Source of the DNA: Lama glama | Taxonomy: Eukaryota | Length of the DNA stretch: 64,000 nt | Direction: 5' to 3' | Assembly (NCBI GenBank): GCA_028534125.1 | Contig: CM052817.1 | Location: 92,134,001 to 92,198,000, forward strand | The notes under the pieces: generated by a model | What the model was told of the DNA's origin: nothing | The model's input: the letters and a program-made list of their open reading frames with translations, nothing else | Databases searched by the model: none | Part shown: positions 34,151 to 47,719 of the stretch, one piece after another | How positions within the stretch are numbered: the first letter of the stretch is position 1 | Layout: the number at the start of each line of letters is the position of its first letter | Position numbers and translations under genes: made by a program

Positions 34151-36445
34151 TAAAATGAAAAAGAAATGCCAATTTTCACTTTAAATTTTCACTGTCTTCC
34201 TTTCAATTTATAATATTGAGTGCTGACAAGGCTTAAATTAAATTTCACCCTCAATCAGTGACGTTAGCTGTGTGAATTAGTATCACATTTTCTGAAAAGT
34301 AATCTGGCAATATGGAACAAGAGCACGCTTACCATAATAGGGAATGATCCCAAGGAGATAACCAAGCATAGGCACAAGAATGTACAAGCAAGGATGTTTT
34401 TGTTACAGCATTACTCAGAGCATTAAAGAACTGGAAACTTTCAACCTAGATGTCCAGCAACAGGGAATGGTTCAACAGATGACAGTAAATTCAAGAAAAT
34501 ACTATGTAGTCAATAAAAAGCATACTTTTGAGGAATACCTAATAAGATGAAATATGCCCACAAATAAAAGTGAGACACAATATATACTACAAATTTTGCC
34601 ATATATATATTTTAAAAGACCAGGAAGAAGCAATCAAAATTTAATAGTGATTATCTCTGAAAGGTTAGATGATCAGTGATTTTTACTTTTTAATCTATTT
34701 CTGTATTTTTTAAATCATATAACAAACATACATTTTCTATCTGAAAAAGCTACTTTTTAATTAAGAAAATAACCCTCAGCTCTGCCCCCTTCTTGTCTGA
34801 GCACTTCATCTCCCTCTCTAGTCCAACTTGCACTAGACCACAGAGCACAGACAGATCCCTGGGTTACAATTCACTGCAGGTAATTACAAGCCACCATTAT
34901 AAATTGCCCTCTTGTCCAGACTCCCTTTTCAAAAATGTAAGCAGGGTTAGAGGCCTGTACAGGTCAACAAATGAGAAAAGTTAGTGAAGGATCAACATTT
35001 TATTCCCCAATCTTGCCCAAGTCTATAAATATTCCTTATTATCCTTTGGTCCTGGTTTAATTGCTGTTGCATCGCCCTGAACTGGTTTGTGACATGAGCA
35101 TTTTTCACCCCAGGGGAAGGGTTAATGTATGAGAAAGGGGAGTGGATTAAACAAGGAAGAAAAACTATCTATATGTCATAAAATATACATGCTATTTCTA
35201 ATTTATTCCTGTTCAGTGGAAGCAACATACCTAATGTGTTATGAACATTTCTGGTAATACTGTATCGTTGTTCCCTTTAATAATGTGTGAGTGTCTCTAA
35301 CTCTCATTTGGACTCGGTAAATTACTGTTTTATTTAATGAAAAAAAAAAGATAAATTGTACTTGATATTGTATTTATTAATTTCCATGAATTTGGTATAT
35401 GACATTTATGAAAGCTTAGGCACATAATTTTTCCTTTTTTAATTTATAGCTGGAGAACTGTTTAAATATAATTTTAAATGATGCATAAAATGCTTCCTGA
35501 CATATTTGTTTTCTGGATTTCCAACATGCATATTTGCTATTTCTATATGATGAACAAACACTGTCTCAAATTGTGGAGAAAGAAAAATGTTACCTGTTTA
35601 GGATTCCTTTATTAAATCTTAGCTATTGTTTTTTGGAGGCAGTGGGCTGAGTTTCCTGGAGGTTGATAAGCTTAGTTGCAATTGTGATCTGGTTCATGCT
35701 TAACTCAATTTGATAGGTAAGGCTTTGCAGGTGTAGCAATCATCAATTTGGTGCAAAACCTCAGAAAAGTCTAAAAATAGATGTCACTCTGATAGTCTTT
35801 TGGAGGCGTAGAAGTTAAATAATAGATGAAGTACATTTCTTAAAGAAAATTATTATTTTTCTGATAATTTCCTAAGTATAAGATAGCTTTCCCAACAAAA
35901 TAGGTATTTTCCTTCATATTTAATTTCTTTAAAATGGTTCTATTTTTCCTATTCTGCATTTTGGTCATATTAACTGGAAATTCCTCTGAAAAGCTCTATA
36001 GGTATTGTTCAGATAGTGTTCACTTATTCTGAAATTTCAATTTTTAATTTTCAAATAAATGCAAGCTTTACATTGTGTTTTTTTCCCCTTCAGAATAAGA
36101 GTGAAGTATTTATTTGGCCTTACTTTTAATCAGAACATGTTTTTAAAATAATTACTAACTCTTTTATGTGCAATCAGTGAATAAAAAAATGGAGAGACTC
36201 AAAGTCCTCCTGTTCTACTTACTTCTGTCATTCAAACAGATATTCTCTATAACCTTGACCAAAGCACTCCATCCTCTAATCAGAAAGGAGCAGACTTGTT
36301 TATGGATTTATGATAGATGTCTATTCCAGAGCTGGGAAGACTGTCTAGGACTGTGGGCTCTCACAGATTCATTCTTGGGCTAAAATTTGGCTTATTAATT
36401 CTTATTTTAATTTGTTTTATATAGTTTCACCCAAACATGGTTTTC

Positions 36446-36446
<1 letters not shown>

Positions 36447-36533
<87 letters not shown>

Positions 36534-36568
36534 TCCTTCCTTCTTTCCTTCCTTCCTTCCTTCCTTCT
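36447..36568. repeat. (CTTT)22 followed by (CCTT)n tetranucleotide microsatellite
   Basis: Perfect CTTT run at 36447-36534, then mixed CCTT. Confidence 0.95.
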
Positions 36569-38189
36569 TGAGCTTCTTATTCACTGGATATCTCAGATGT
36601 ATTCAATGCAATTATAAGTAGCTATGGCTTTAAATATGTGATGGACTTGCTGATGTCAGCAGCTAAAAACTAATGCTGCTGATATCAGCTGACAGGACAC
36701 TAATTACTAGTTATGTGGCTGTTGCCTGCTTAAGGAGCTATTCAGTGAGTTATGATTTAGGAAGGCTGGAGAGCATAGGGCTGATGGGTGAAGAGATATC
36801 TAATGTGAAAATACCACAGAAGTTCTCAGATTGATCCACAGGACAGAGAGCTGTCTAATTAGGAAGCGTCTTTTTTTAATACTAAACCACACACACACAC
36901 ACACACAGCCCAGCTGGAAAAGAATTTGCAGGAAGACCCAGAGCCATCACTGATTTGGCTGTCAGCAAATACAACCTCGGCATGTTTCTTGCTGTTGAGT
37001 CAACTGTGGCTCTAGGACGATGACTCCCTCCCAGACGATCCCTCTCGTCATGTCAAAAGGGAGGGGCTTCACGGGTGGCCGGGACGGAGAGCCCCTGTCC
37101 ACCGCTGCTTGTCTTGCCTCCAGAACTGAGGCCTGGCCAGCAGCTAGCATTCACAAAATTATCACTGACAAGGTGGCAGAACTGGCGATCTTGCATCCCG
37201 GGGTGACTGCAGAAGTCACTCTGAGCTCTGAGACCCAGGTGAGGCACCACAGTGGAGAAAGTGGGGACTTTTCGTCAATGAGGTTGGTCAGTTCTGCTGT
37301 TAGACCTTAACGCTATCGAGGATAAGAGCTTGTTGCTAAGTTTATATTCTAGGTGTGCGCAATAAAGGCTGATGGGGTGACCCTAGAGAGATCTTTGGGC
37401 AAAAATAACAACAAACTATAGGTTTCCTCTGAGACTAAAAATTTTTTTCAAAAAAATCTAGTTACTTACTTGCCAAATATGAGAAGACACCAAACCTTCA
37501 GTAAGCTATCTTTCTCTATGGAATTATTCAGGCTATGTCCACACAATCACTTAGAAACACTTTTGCGGGAGTGAAGCCAGGCACAGAGGTGTGGGCATCG
37601 GTCTTCACACCCCAGCCGGTTTCTCTCCTCTCTTGCCTCTGTGCCTGTGTTGCCAGTTGTATGTGGAGAGTTTTACAAACCAGTCTGCCGAGCAGGCTGT
37701 TAGTGAGTCACGCCCACTCCCTGCCTTAACGTTGGCACAGCCTCAGTCTCCGCCAAGAGAGACAGAAGAGAGGAGGGAAAGGTGTTTTGAAAACACTTGC
37801 TTATGTTGATACATGTTTTAGCATCACTGATCTCTCCACAGAATAGGTAATAGGATGACAAATCACCAGAGGTTATTCCAGAAATACCCACAAGTTGATT
37901 CCCACATTTTTGAGTCTTCAATAGAGAATGCAAAGCCCTACCCTCGGCCACAGGGTAGGATGGAAACAGGAAGGCCATGATGCCACAGAGAATAGTGAGT
38001 ATTCAGCCAGCTGACCTGCTGAGCAGCTACATGACTATAAGCAACTTACAGTCATCTGAAATTTCTCATCTATGAAATAGCTCCTTATAGCCCATGGCTG
38101 TGGAGAGGATGAAATAAGATCATGACTATGACAACCTTAACATGATGCTGGGCACAGCAGGCTTTCTGCAACCATTACCTGCCTTCATC

Positions 38190-38610
38190 CTTTGTCTTAT
38201 TTGGGGTTTCCCTCCACAGCCAGCCCTGAGACAAGGTTTCCAGGGCATGGATGCTCCAGAGGAGAAAGGAGACAGGGATTGGGAAGCAGCCAATAGGGTA
38301 AGTTATTAAGACAGACACCAGTGTGGCTGACTGGGACTTAATCCTGCAGGAAAACAATGCAACACAGATCCTCAGCGTTATCCCATCTGAGGGAGGAGAG
38401 TTCTGGGGTATTGATATACCTAGTTCCAAGACTTACTGGTTGAAGGCTACTGGGAGTACAGTAGATTAATTGCCAGGCAATCTCAGCTTAATGTGTGCCT
38501 TCTGCTGCTCTCAGGGGGAAACCCTGCAATTCTGGCAGCTGGAATCAGCTAAAACAGTCTGAATCTTTTAGGGGCATGGGCAGGGAAATGACAGACCCAT
38601 TGGGGGAATA
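38190..38610 (-). mobile_element. ERVL/MaLR-class solo LTR
   Basis: ggggtttccctccacagccagccctgagacaaggttt...gggaagcagccaatagggtaag...ctgactgggacttaatcctgcagg. Confidence 0.6.
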
Positions 38611-39159
38611 CTGAGACATCTAAAACACAGTAGTTTCCATCAAGAAGCCACCAATCTAATACGGAAGATAGGACAGTGAAGCTTCAAAGGAAAAGGTTTA
38701 TGATGCCGAGATGTCTGCAGTTTCAAGGTGAGATCAGCACCTGGATGTCCCCAGGGTAGCACTCACTACCTCGTGGCCTCTGGCTCTTAGCCCTGCATCT
38801 GATCTGTCAGCATCCAGAGAGTGAATTCAGAGGAGCTGTCAGACTCATATTAACCAAGGCCCAGAGAGTCAGAGCAAAAAACTAGAATTCTGTGTGTTGA
38901 TTTGCATTTTCCCTTGAGTAGGCTGAGTGCCATGAAAAACCACATTATAACCTTAAAGTGGATTTTCACACAGAGATTCAGAAAACTGGGTGCTGTTAGG
39001 AATTGCTTCTTAATTGAGATAGTTTGAGGAACTCTTTTCCACCAAAGGGATGGCCTTGCCAGTAGGGTTAGAGGGAAACAGTTTGTCCTCAAGTCCCCAC
39101 CTGGCTCTGCCAAGGATGGATGCTAGCTCTTCTATCTGTGGATTCCAGAAAGACATGGT

Positions 39160-39390
39160 AGACCGTGGTTAAGAGCAAAGACTCTGGAGTCAGGACCTGG
39201 TTCAAATGGTACCCTACCATTGTATTAGCTGTGTGACTTTAGGAGCTAGTTAATATCTCTGTGCCTCAGTTTTCTCATCCATAACAGTGCCTATTTTATA
39301 GACTTGTGAGGATTAAATTAATACATCTAATATAATACATATAAAGAGTCCAGAACAGTTTTTGGTGTGAAGTTAAGTGCTAGTTATCGT
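39160..39390 (+). mobile_element. MIR SINE (near full length)
   Basis: gtggttaagagcaaagactctggagtcaggacctggttcaaat...tctctgtgcctcagttttctcatccataa...gtgaggattaaatt. Confidence 0.85.
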
Positions 39391-40714
39391 TAAAGCTACT
39401 GGTTAGAACCCCTCTTTACTTTGACACAGTGTTTCTTTAGGTATGGTAATCACTTTCACCAAGGTTGACTCTGTTCTTGGAACCAGTTTATCTCACTAAG
39501 GTGTTCTTGCTTATTGTTGTCCTAAAAGGTCTGCCATTTGTATGCTGGAGAGGGGGACTGCCTAGTTTCCCTCCCATTTTCCTCACTACCCATATAAATA
39601 AAAAAACAATTCAACTGAAGAACCATGAGGGCAGGGTTCAGGAGACTGTCACAAAATGCACTGAGGTTCAGAGGCCAGAGGGCTCCCTGTAGTCTGGAAC
39701 AGGAGCAAGGCAGCTGCATTGGACTGATGGTTGAATAAGTGGGGAGTCTAGAATGGTAGGTCAGGACGATATTTTCAAATGTTGCACAATTGAGACCATC
39801 TTTAAGTATTGGCCCTGGAATGCACTCTGGGATCCTGCCAAGCATCTCTCTCTTACAACTTGGGGGCAAAGTAACAAATCAAAGCCACTGTCAAATTTAG
39901 CCCTGATAAGTGAAGTATGTTCCTTGATGGAACCAAAGATTGCAAACCATCCAGGAGGACAGTAGGACTCCTTGAAAGGGAATGAAATGCATCCATCAAG
40001 AATGCATGCATTGAAAGAACTGTCAGAAAACCTATCAGCAGCGCGTGTGTTGGAAAGGATGCTGGATTTACAGACCCCGCGGAGTCCAGGAGAATAAAAG
40101 GATTCCTTGAAAAGTGAATTGAAAGTATCACTACAGAATGTGGACCCTGAGAGAACTGTAAGGAAGAAGCTCCCCAGCAAGTGTGTAGAGCTGATACTGA
40201 ATTTAGAGACAGAAGCTCAGGTTCTGTTTCACATGGGTCACTAATTGGCCATGAGACTTTAAGGAGATCATTCAGCCTTTCGGGACCTTCTCTAGCAAAT
40301 GAAAGGTTTGACCAGCTGTTCTGTAAGATAAAGTCTAACACTACTCTGTGGTTCAAAATACTGAGAGAGAGAGAAGAGTAGTCGAGCTTGGTTTCAGTTG
40401 GAAAACAAAAATTACAGTGTTCCTTAAAACTTTCTCCCATCAATCCACAGTCCCTGGCAAGAAGTCCAAGTACTAAAATGAAGCCAATTAACATTCCTTA
40501 CTGCTGCTCTATCATAAATCATCGTTAACTCAGAGAAGGCAGATGGGTGAGTAGCTGTAAGACATATTCTTATAGATTGGTTTGTTCATGTGCCACAAAT
40601 TTAATTTCATAAAACCAGAATCCCATTCCATTCTTCAGAAGCACAGCATGCTGTGGACTGTTCAGGTGTATGTAGAGAGAATGGGTGCCGATAGATCAAT
40701 TAGATGGGGACCAC

Positions 40715-42150
40715 ACACTGCCCATTAGCTGAGCCATGTGGAGTCACTGGTGACTTGAGCAGTTTTGGTGGAGTGGTTGTGGAGAAAGCCTGATTGGCAT
40801 GGGTTTAAGGGATAATGGGAGAAGGAAACTGTAAACAGTGGGAAAAACCAGTTCTTAAGTTCTTCTATAAAGGGAGGAAGATAAATGGGATGTGGTGAAG
40901 TCAAGAGGGATTTTTTCAAATGGGAAAATAACATAATGCTTGTACATTAATGAGAATTATCCAGTAGAGAAGGAACAATCAGTGATACTGGGGCAGAAAG
41001 GGGACACTTGCTGGGTCAACATCCTTGAACAGGTCAGAGAGGACGGGAACCAAAGGTAGAGTATGTGGGCACAGGTGGATGGTGGTTGGAAGTGGCATTG
41101 TTTTCTCAGTGAAAGAAGAAGCAACACCATCAGCTGAGAGCAAAGATGGAGGAGGAGATGTTGAATGTTTGAAGAGACAGAAGACATGATGGCCACCTAG
41201 GAATATGACAAGTGATGGAACAAGGACAAGTTCCAGGCAATATCAAAGCCACTTGACCATAAATTTAAAGTGAAATTACTCATCATGTTTGGGTGATTTT
41301 TCTGGTCATGCTGTGAGGGTATAAGCATTCAGTAGGCAGAGTGAAAATTTAATGAAGGTTTTGGTTTAGTCAAGCCCATGTAAGGGAGAGGGGCAAGGGA
41401 GTCAAGTCTATACACAAGGGGATGATTCTAAAGATGGACTATGAAATTTAAACTGGGTGGAGAGGGGTAGGGGAGAGGAAGTCAATGGGGTGGAACAGTG
41501 GGAAGGTGGCAGGGGAATTGGATTAAAGTCCTGGGGGTACAGAAGAATTGTTCGTGTTGGCGTATGAACCCGAAAGATAATAGGCAGCGGTAAGAGAGTA
41601 GGATGTCTGAAATTAAGTTTGGGGTACTGAATTTATTGATCATGAGAAAGTCAAAGATATGACCATAGAAATGAGCTGCAGACATTGAAGAGAGGACGAG
41701 GCCATTGGAGAAAGGAGATGAAAGACTGAAAGGCCAGGGTCTTGGAAAGAATATCCGGTTATGGAAATTACGTGAATAATCATTGGACTGATTTTGAAAC
41801 AGTGACAGTGCGTGGGTTGCAAACATCTTTAAGGAGTGAGGGACAGTGGCCTAGGAATCAGGAGGCAGCTGAAAATAGAGGATGAGAGTATCAGATGACT
41901 GAGATTCAAAGCTGAGCATTTTTAGGAGGGAGAGAGGGAGCACAGTCCGAAAGCCACACAGTAGAAGATGGAGAACACCTGTTCCACCCCTGGCTCCATT
42001 GTACAAAGAGTAAATAACTACCAGACCACTTGAGAGGGTTACAGGAAGATATGTCCTCAGGGAAAGCCAGGTAACAGCCAGAGGAAGGTCAAGAAACATT
42101 CTTCTTTGAAGAGGCTGAGAATATAGGGCAGTTGTCAGCAAACTACAGCC
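40715..42150 (-). mobile_element. L2 internal region, antisense
   Basis: gtggagtcactggtgacttgagcagttttggtggagtggttgtggagaaagcctgattgg followed by about 1.4 kb of purine-rich L2-like sequence. Confidence 0.75.
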
Positions 42151-44884
42151 CGGAGCCCCCCTGTTTTTATAATAATCCTACAGGAGGTGTGGAGTGCTGC
42201 AAGCGAGAGGGACTCGCCCTTGACCCCAGCTGCTGGTCACCTGCGGAGTGGCCAGCTTACTCTGAGCACACACTCTGTGCCTTCACTGGTACTAACCAGT
42301 CTCCAGGCCAGCAGAGGGGCCTGATGATCTTGTTGGAACACATTAGGACTGAACATAGCTTTAGTTGGCCTTGCATTCGTTCCTCTTCTTAGATTAGTTA
42401 TTGCTTATCAGATTCTCCAACAGAAAATTCACTCAGTCCAATTTGATATTGATGCTTCATTAAACTGGAGGACTTTCAACCTGACCTTCAGTAAGATTAG
42501 CTTGATTCTGCTTTATGACAAATGGTATTGAACACCATTCACATGCAATAACATTAAATAATTCAGTTAGAGTCAAAGCAGATGACTTATCATAGACTTT
42601 GTTTTATTTTTCGTATTCTTGCTGCACAACCAAAAATTAGTGATTTGACTCAGACTCTTGCACAAGTGGTCAGACCTGAGAAGAAACTGTAACACACACA
42701 GATTTGCTTTCTTTCTTGTTTTATGGACAAAGGAATAAGATTAAATGCCTCTCAAACAGTTGCAAAATTTGAATTGAAGCCAGATGTCTGCAAACATTTT
42801 CCAACCTGAGTCACGTCTTGCTCAAATGACCTAAAGTCGAGGATTGCCGCATTGGCCAGAAAGTGCTTTTCCCATGTCAGGGACCAGCACATTGTTTTTG
42901 CCTCTCTGTGAATCCCTCCTAATGCGGTGAGTACTTTCAAGCTGTGTCTACATCATACACAGAACAGAGGTGATTTGTGGGTGCACACTACCCAGTGTTA
43001 CATGTTTATTTGGATTATTTCATTTAAGCTGTCTAGAAGGTTTGGATGGGTAATAGTTATTTTTCACTTGTTCATTTGTTTATTCATTCATTAAACATTT
43101 ATTAAGCAACTACTTTTTATTTTTCAGAATACTGCTCAGCAAGGAGGAAACTGAGCCAAATGAAGACCTGGTCTCTGCCCTCATTTTCAAAAAGTGGTGA
43201 GGGCAGGGTGAGAATGGACTCTGGAGATCAAGAAGATTTCAGACAAGGTTTTAGAAAAGATCAGTGAGCAGATGTTCTGTGAGCACTCAGATAAGACAGC
43301 AGTGATTACTGGGAGTCAGTGTGTGTCCACTAGGGATGCCCTGCGTCTAACATAATCTTCTTTTGGGTAAGGTTATTAGACTAGTGGATCCAGGAAATAA
43401 TATAAGCCAGGTGGCTTAAGTAGCATTTCACTTTCTCCTTGTGGACTTACAGGAAGATGAATATTAAAACAGTGGATGGATTTAATTCATTCTGTTATTT
43501 ATTCATTCATTTGACAGATATTTAAGGTGCCAAATAAACAATGTGTAAGGTACTCTGTTAGGTAGTGGGGATGTATAGATGATCCCTGCTTTTATGGAAC
43601 TTACCAGGGATGAGACAATTACCATGCAAAATACACACACTGAGCTGGGTAATCCATGGGGGAATTGCCAATGATATTGATAATGGATTAATGTAAGTCG
43701 AAAAGGAACCTTCTAGTGGTTTGGGTGGCAGACTTGGCTCTGGGCTTTCCCAAAGTTTTATTGGTAAGTTGCATGATAATATAGAAAATATTATAATATT
43801 TGAGAGGAGAATAAACGTATGTTCATATGTTAAAGAGCATGCAGAATCATTCTCAAATAGATTAAAAGTGCTAAATAATTCAAAATTGTATGAAAGTCTG
43901 GTAGAAAATAGAATAAAATGTTCATAGATCTGTAGAGGAATGATAATATTCTCAGCTATAAAGAAACATAAACAATCTAAACAGAAAAGACTGACAAATG
44001 ACAGGTTTGAATAAGCAGACTTTTAAAATAGCCATACAATGCAGAATAACATCACTAATATTAAAAAGAAAAAATCAGGCTGTCAAAAAGATTTGCATCA
44101 AGTATGACAGAATAATATCTATAATACCTAAAAAATGGGATTTAAATTTACCAGGAAAAAAACATGATGAATAGAAACAATAATTCACCAAAGAGGAAAT
44201 ACACAACATATTTAAAAGACACATTCACAGGAAGAAAGTCCACACTTTGCAGAGCAGTGGAGTCTCAAAGAGTCTCTGGGTACCGCCATCCAACTGAAGC
44301 TCTGTCTTAATGATGGATGGAGGGCTCTCAGCAGAGAATCCCTGCCAATAGAAGAGATGATCACCTCCCTGACATCCTTCATGCTCCCATAGTATCCTTT
44401 GTGTATTTCTCTCACTGTGCTCGTTACTTTCTGTTCTAATTACTACATGCTTACGTGCTAGATCTCTCTCTCTTGAGTAAAGAACCATAGCGTGTGTCTT
44501 TGTAGTCCCAGCACCACGATAGGGGCCAATACTTGCTAGTTATGAAATAAGTAGCCTGCACATTCTTGATCGAGGAACAGTGGGTCATGGAAGGACATGG
44601 GGTAAATGAACATAGCAAATTAAAGAGTGAGTACTAATATGACGAGGGCTCCACACCTCCATACTATGAATCTAAGAGTAGCCATTGGATCTCTGGTATT
44701 CAGGAAAACACTGCCTCTCCCCGGATATATCATCATCATTAGGAAGGGTTAAGAAGTGGCATAAGAACTTTGCACACTTCTGGCAAGACCCTCATGCTTC
44801 CCTCCATCCCCTCCAAACACTGGCAGCCTCAGTATTCACCTTGAGACCATCTGGACCAACCCCATCATGGCTTTTATTCCTATC

Positions 44885-45387
44885 TGCTTCAGTCATGATA
44901 GGGAGCTCAGGACATCCTCCATCCCCAGGAGTCTTATTCCCATTGGCGGTATGCTATCACTGTGTCCTCCAGCTCCTGCCTCCATAAAGAGTCTCTTTTC
45001 CTTTATGGCCTCTGATTGTATTCAGCCAACGGAGGCTGTGGCAGGATACCAGGGGCAGGAGGAGAGTGAGCTTAGGGTATGTACTCCCCTGACGTCTTCC
45101 TTGATGGGTTGCTATGGATTTCCTGCAACCCTCTTCCCAATGTCATAGATTCTGCCAGGCAGCCCTCTCTATCAAGCTCCTCTATCTAAGTTTCTGTAAC
45201 CACTCTCTCTTCTTGTCCTTTTAGGTGGCAGTAACTCCTGTTTGTTGCTAGTGCCTGGGCACTACATCATCCTTTGTTGGCTTCCTTAACTCCAGCCCAT
45301 ATTTGCAAATAATCCCTTTATTAAACCCTTCTCAGCCGCCCAGTTTGAGTGTGCCATCTGTTTCCTGCTGGGATTTTGACTGATACA
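44885..45387 (+). mobile_element. LTR33-like ERVL solo LTR
   Basis: 3' end aatccctttattaaaccc...cagtttgagtgtgccatctgtttcctgctgggattttgactgataca. Confidence 0.7.
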
Positions 45388-46499
45388 CTGCTGAATAATT
45401 AGTTGTTGGATGTATGAATGGTTTTGAATCTCTGTAAGAAAACTGAGATCACCAGGAAGCACTCTTTGCAGCAAAGGTAGTGGCCGTGGGAATTTTCTCC
45501 ATTCGGGTAACCTGACACCGGGAGCACAGAAGGGAGGAGTGGCTTTTTATCCAACAAGGCAGAGGACAGAGGAAGAGTGAGCAGTCATGGAGGGGGAATA
45601 GGGCACAAAGACCCAGGCCCTGGGGATGGAGGTAGACTGGAAGCAGCCATCAACGGGGGAAGCCACAGCAAAGGAGATGCCACCGGTGAGACACTCTAGA
45701 AGTCCCAGAGAAGAGGCAGAGTGGAATGTCAGGCTGTGGTTTCACAGTCCTAGAAGTGGAGGTGGGACCAGAGAAACTATGCCTCCCTCTCACTTCCTAC
45801 TGCCCTACCTATGGCTTCCTTGGAGCCTCAATGCACAAAGGTGGCAGTAGTTATCAAAGACACGAAAATGAGAACAACCTGAGTCAGATTAGTGCTGCAA
45901 AGTCAGCAGTTACATAACTGGTGAAACTAATATACTCATGGACTTCGGTAACATTATAAATCAATGCAACTCTTTCAGAAAGCTCTATGGAGATATGTAT
46001 TGCATTTTAAATAAACTGTGTGTATCTTGCAGCTCTGTAATCCCATTCCTAAATGTGCATTCTAAAGAAAATTTGTAAAGACAAATTTGCAATACAGCAC
46101 TATCCCTAGTGTTGAACAATGTGTAATATGCAACATTCAGTAAAAAGAATAAAACATAAAAGTTTACGTACAATGGGCAGAGATACAAAAGTAAGTGTGC
46201 ATATGGGCAAAATTTGAAGAAAATAGGCAGCAATGAAAACAGTCTTAAAAGAATGAAGTTTTAAATTATTTTTTCCTAAAATTCTTCAGTGTTGCTATAA
46301 CATTTTTACAACCTAATGTTAAAAAAAAAATGCTTTCTAAATTTGAAGTGAACACCACCAGGAGGGGTCATATCACTTCCTTTCTGGTAACGCTTCAATA
46401 TGCCGATGATTTCCTTGTGCAACAGAAGTACCCTGCAAATCCCCTTCCGTGCTCTTTAAAGTTGTAGATATCATACTTCTGACATCTCCTAGATCTTAT

Positions 46500-47455
46500 C
46501 TGTTGAGTCTCTTTCCCTTGTCCCCTGTGTTCCAGCCACCCAGGGACTTCACATCCCTTGAAAACACCAGGCTTATTCCTGTTTTGGTCTCTGCTCCTAC
46601 TGTTTTCTTGGTCTAGAATGCATTTTCTTCAGCTCTTCATAGGGTTGCCTTTTCCCATTCTTCAGATGTCACCTTTTTAGAGAGGCCATAGAGACATTGT
46701 CTATTATCTACCCAGCAACTGAACATCTCGTGCTCATGAAACTTCAAAGGGTCAGGTCTTCTCTTAACCTACCCGTGGAAGCTAAGACCCGGGCACATGA
46801 TTCAAATGCAGCCAGTCATTTCCTGTTCCTGGGTTTCAAATCTGAAGAGAGTGATGATGTGCAGAGGTAGGTGCAGTTTTCATGGTGGCTCTGGTACCAT
46901 GGAGTCCTGCAGGGTTCTAGTAGTATGGAAGGTTGGTGGAGTTCATTGCAGTGATGGTTGTCCAACGGTGGTGCTCTTAGCAGTGGCCATGGCTGGTTGG
47001 TGCTGAGCTGATGTGCAGATGACTCTGTGATTTTTTTTCTTCGTTGTTTTTTGCCTCCCTTGGGTCCCACTGAAGCTGGGTTCTGCAGCCTACGTATCAG
47101 TGGTATTAGTTACCTGAAACTCTCCCCCAAAATGTTTTTCTGCTTAAGTTAAGCAGAGTTTTCTATTGTTTGCAACCAAGAACCCATTCAAAGAACTTCC
47201 CTGAAAGCCAAAGCTAAAGCAGCCAATTTCCTACCCTGGTTGTTCTCTGTCACAGTACTCAGTTCTTCACAGCATGTAGCACTATCTGAAATAATTATTT
47301 TGTGTATCGGTTTCTGTTTGTTGTGTATTTCCCTCACTCCCAAAATGTCAACTCCATGAGAACAAGAACTGTGTTTGTATCCCCTGTATCAACTGGAATA
47401 ATGCCAGGCACGTACTTGGCACTGATAAATATTCATTTAATAAATGAGATAGACA
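46500..47455 (+). mobile_element. L2 3' fragment interrupted by an MLT1 LTR (about 46700-47190)
   Basis: L2 end atgccaggcacgtacttggcactgataaatattcatttaataaatga; MLT1 3' motif ttctattgtttgcaaccaagaaccc. Confidence 0.65.
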
Positions 47456-47479
47456 GCAGAATGGATGGTAGAAGCAGGA

Positions 47480-47715
47480 TTCCAGGACACCTAAGGACCA
47501 AAATTAATATGAAGAAATCTGATAGAATAAATATGAGAGCTGACTTTAAGTTGATGAATCAATCACACAAATACAAGATCAGGGAGACCTTACTTTTTAG
47601 GAACCTGGATGTTAAAGAATGAAAAACCTATAGGTTGTGATAGACTGCAAGCTCAGCAGAACTTGACTTCTAGAAAGGGTCAGGCAATCTTGGGCTATAC
47701 AAATGAGAATATGTA
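47480..47715 (+). mobile_element. CR1/L3 fragment
   Basis: gaaaaacctataggttgtgatagactgcaagctc...ggcaatcttgggctatacaaatgagaatat resembles the L3 RT 3' region. Confidence 0.45.
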
Positions 47716-47719
47716 AGAA

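Noticed and set aside
36412..36621. ORF with FLSF repeats
   Set aside because: Translation of the (CTTT)n microsatellite.
39761..40494. 213-aa and 139-aa minus-strand ORFs
   Set aside because: No recognisable protein similarity, splice structure or retrocopy hallmarks; compatible with chance.
42305..42325. CTCF-like motifs (ccagcagaggggc here; ccagcagatggag near 11096)
   Set aside because: Imperfect matches that cannot be scored without a PWM scan or ChIP data.
45485..45492. RBPJ/CSL-type sites (CGTGGGAA here; TGTGGGAA at 11331; TTCCCACA near 37899) suggesting Notch autoregulation
   Set aside because: A few 8-mers are expected by chance in 64 kb, and none forms a head-to-head paired site.
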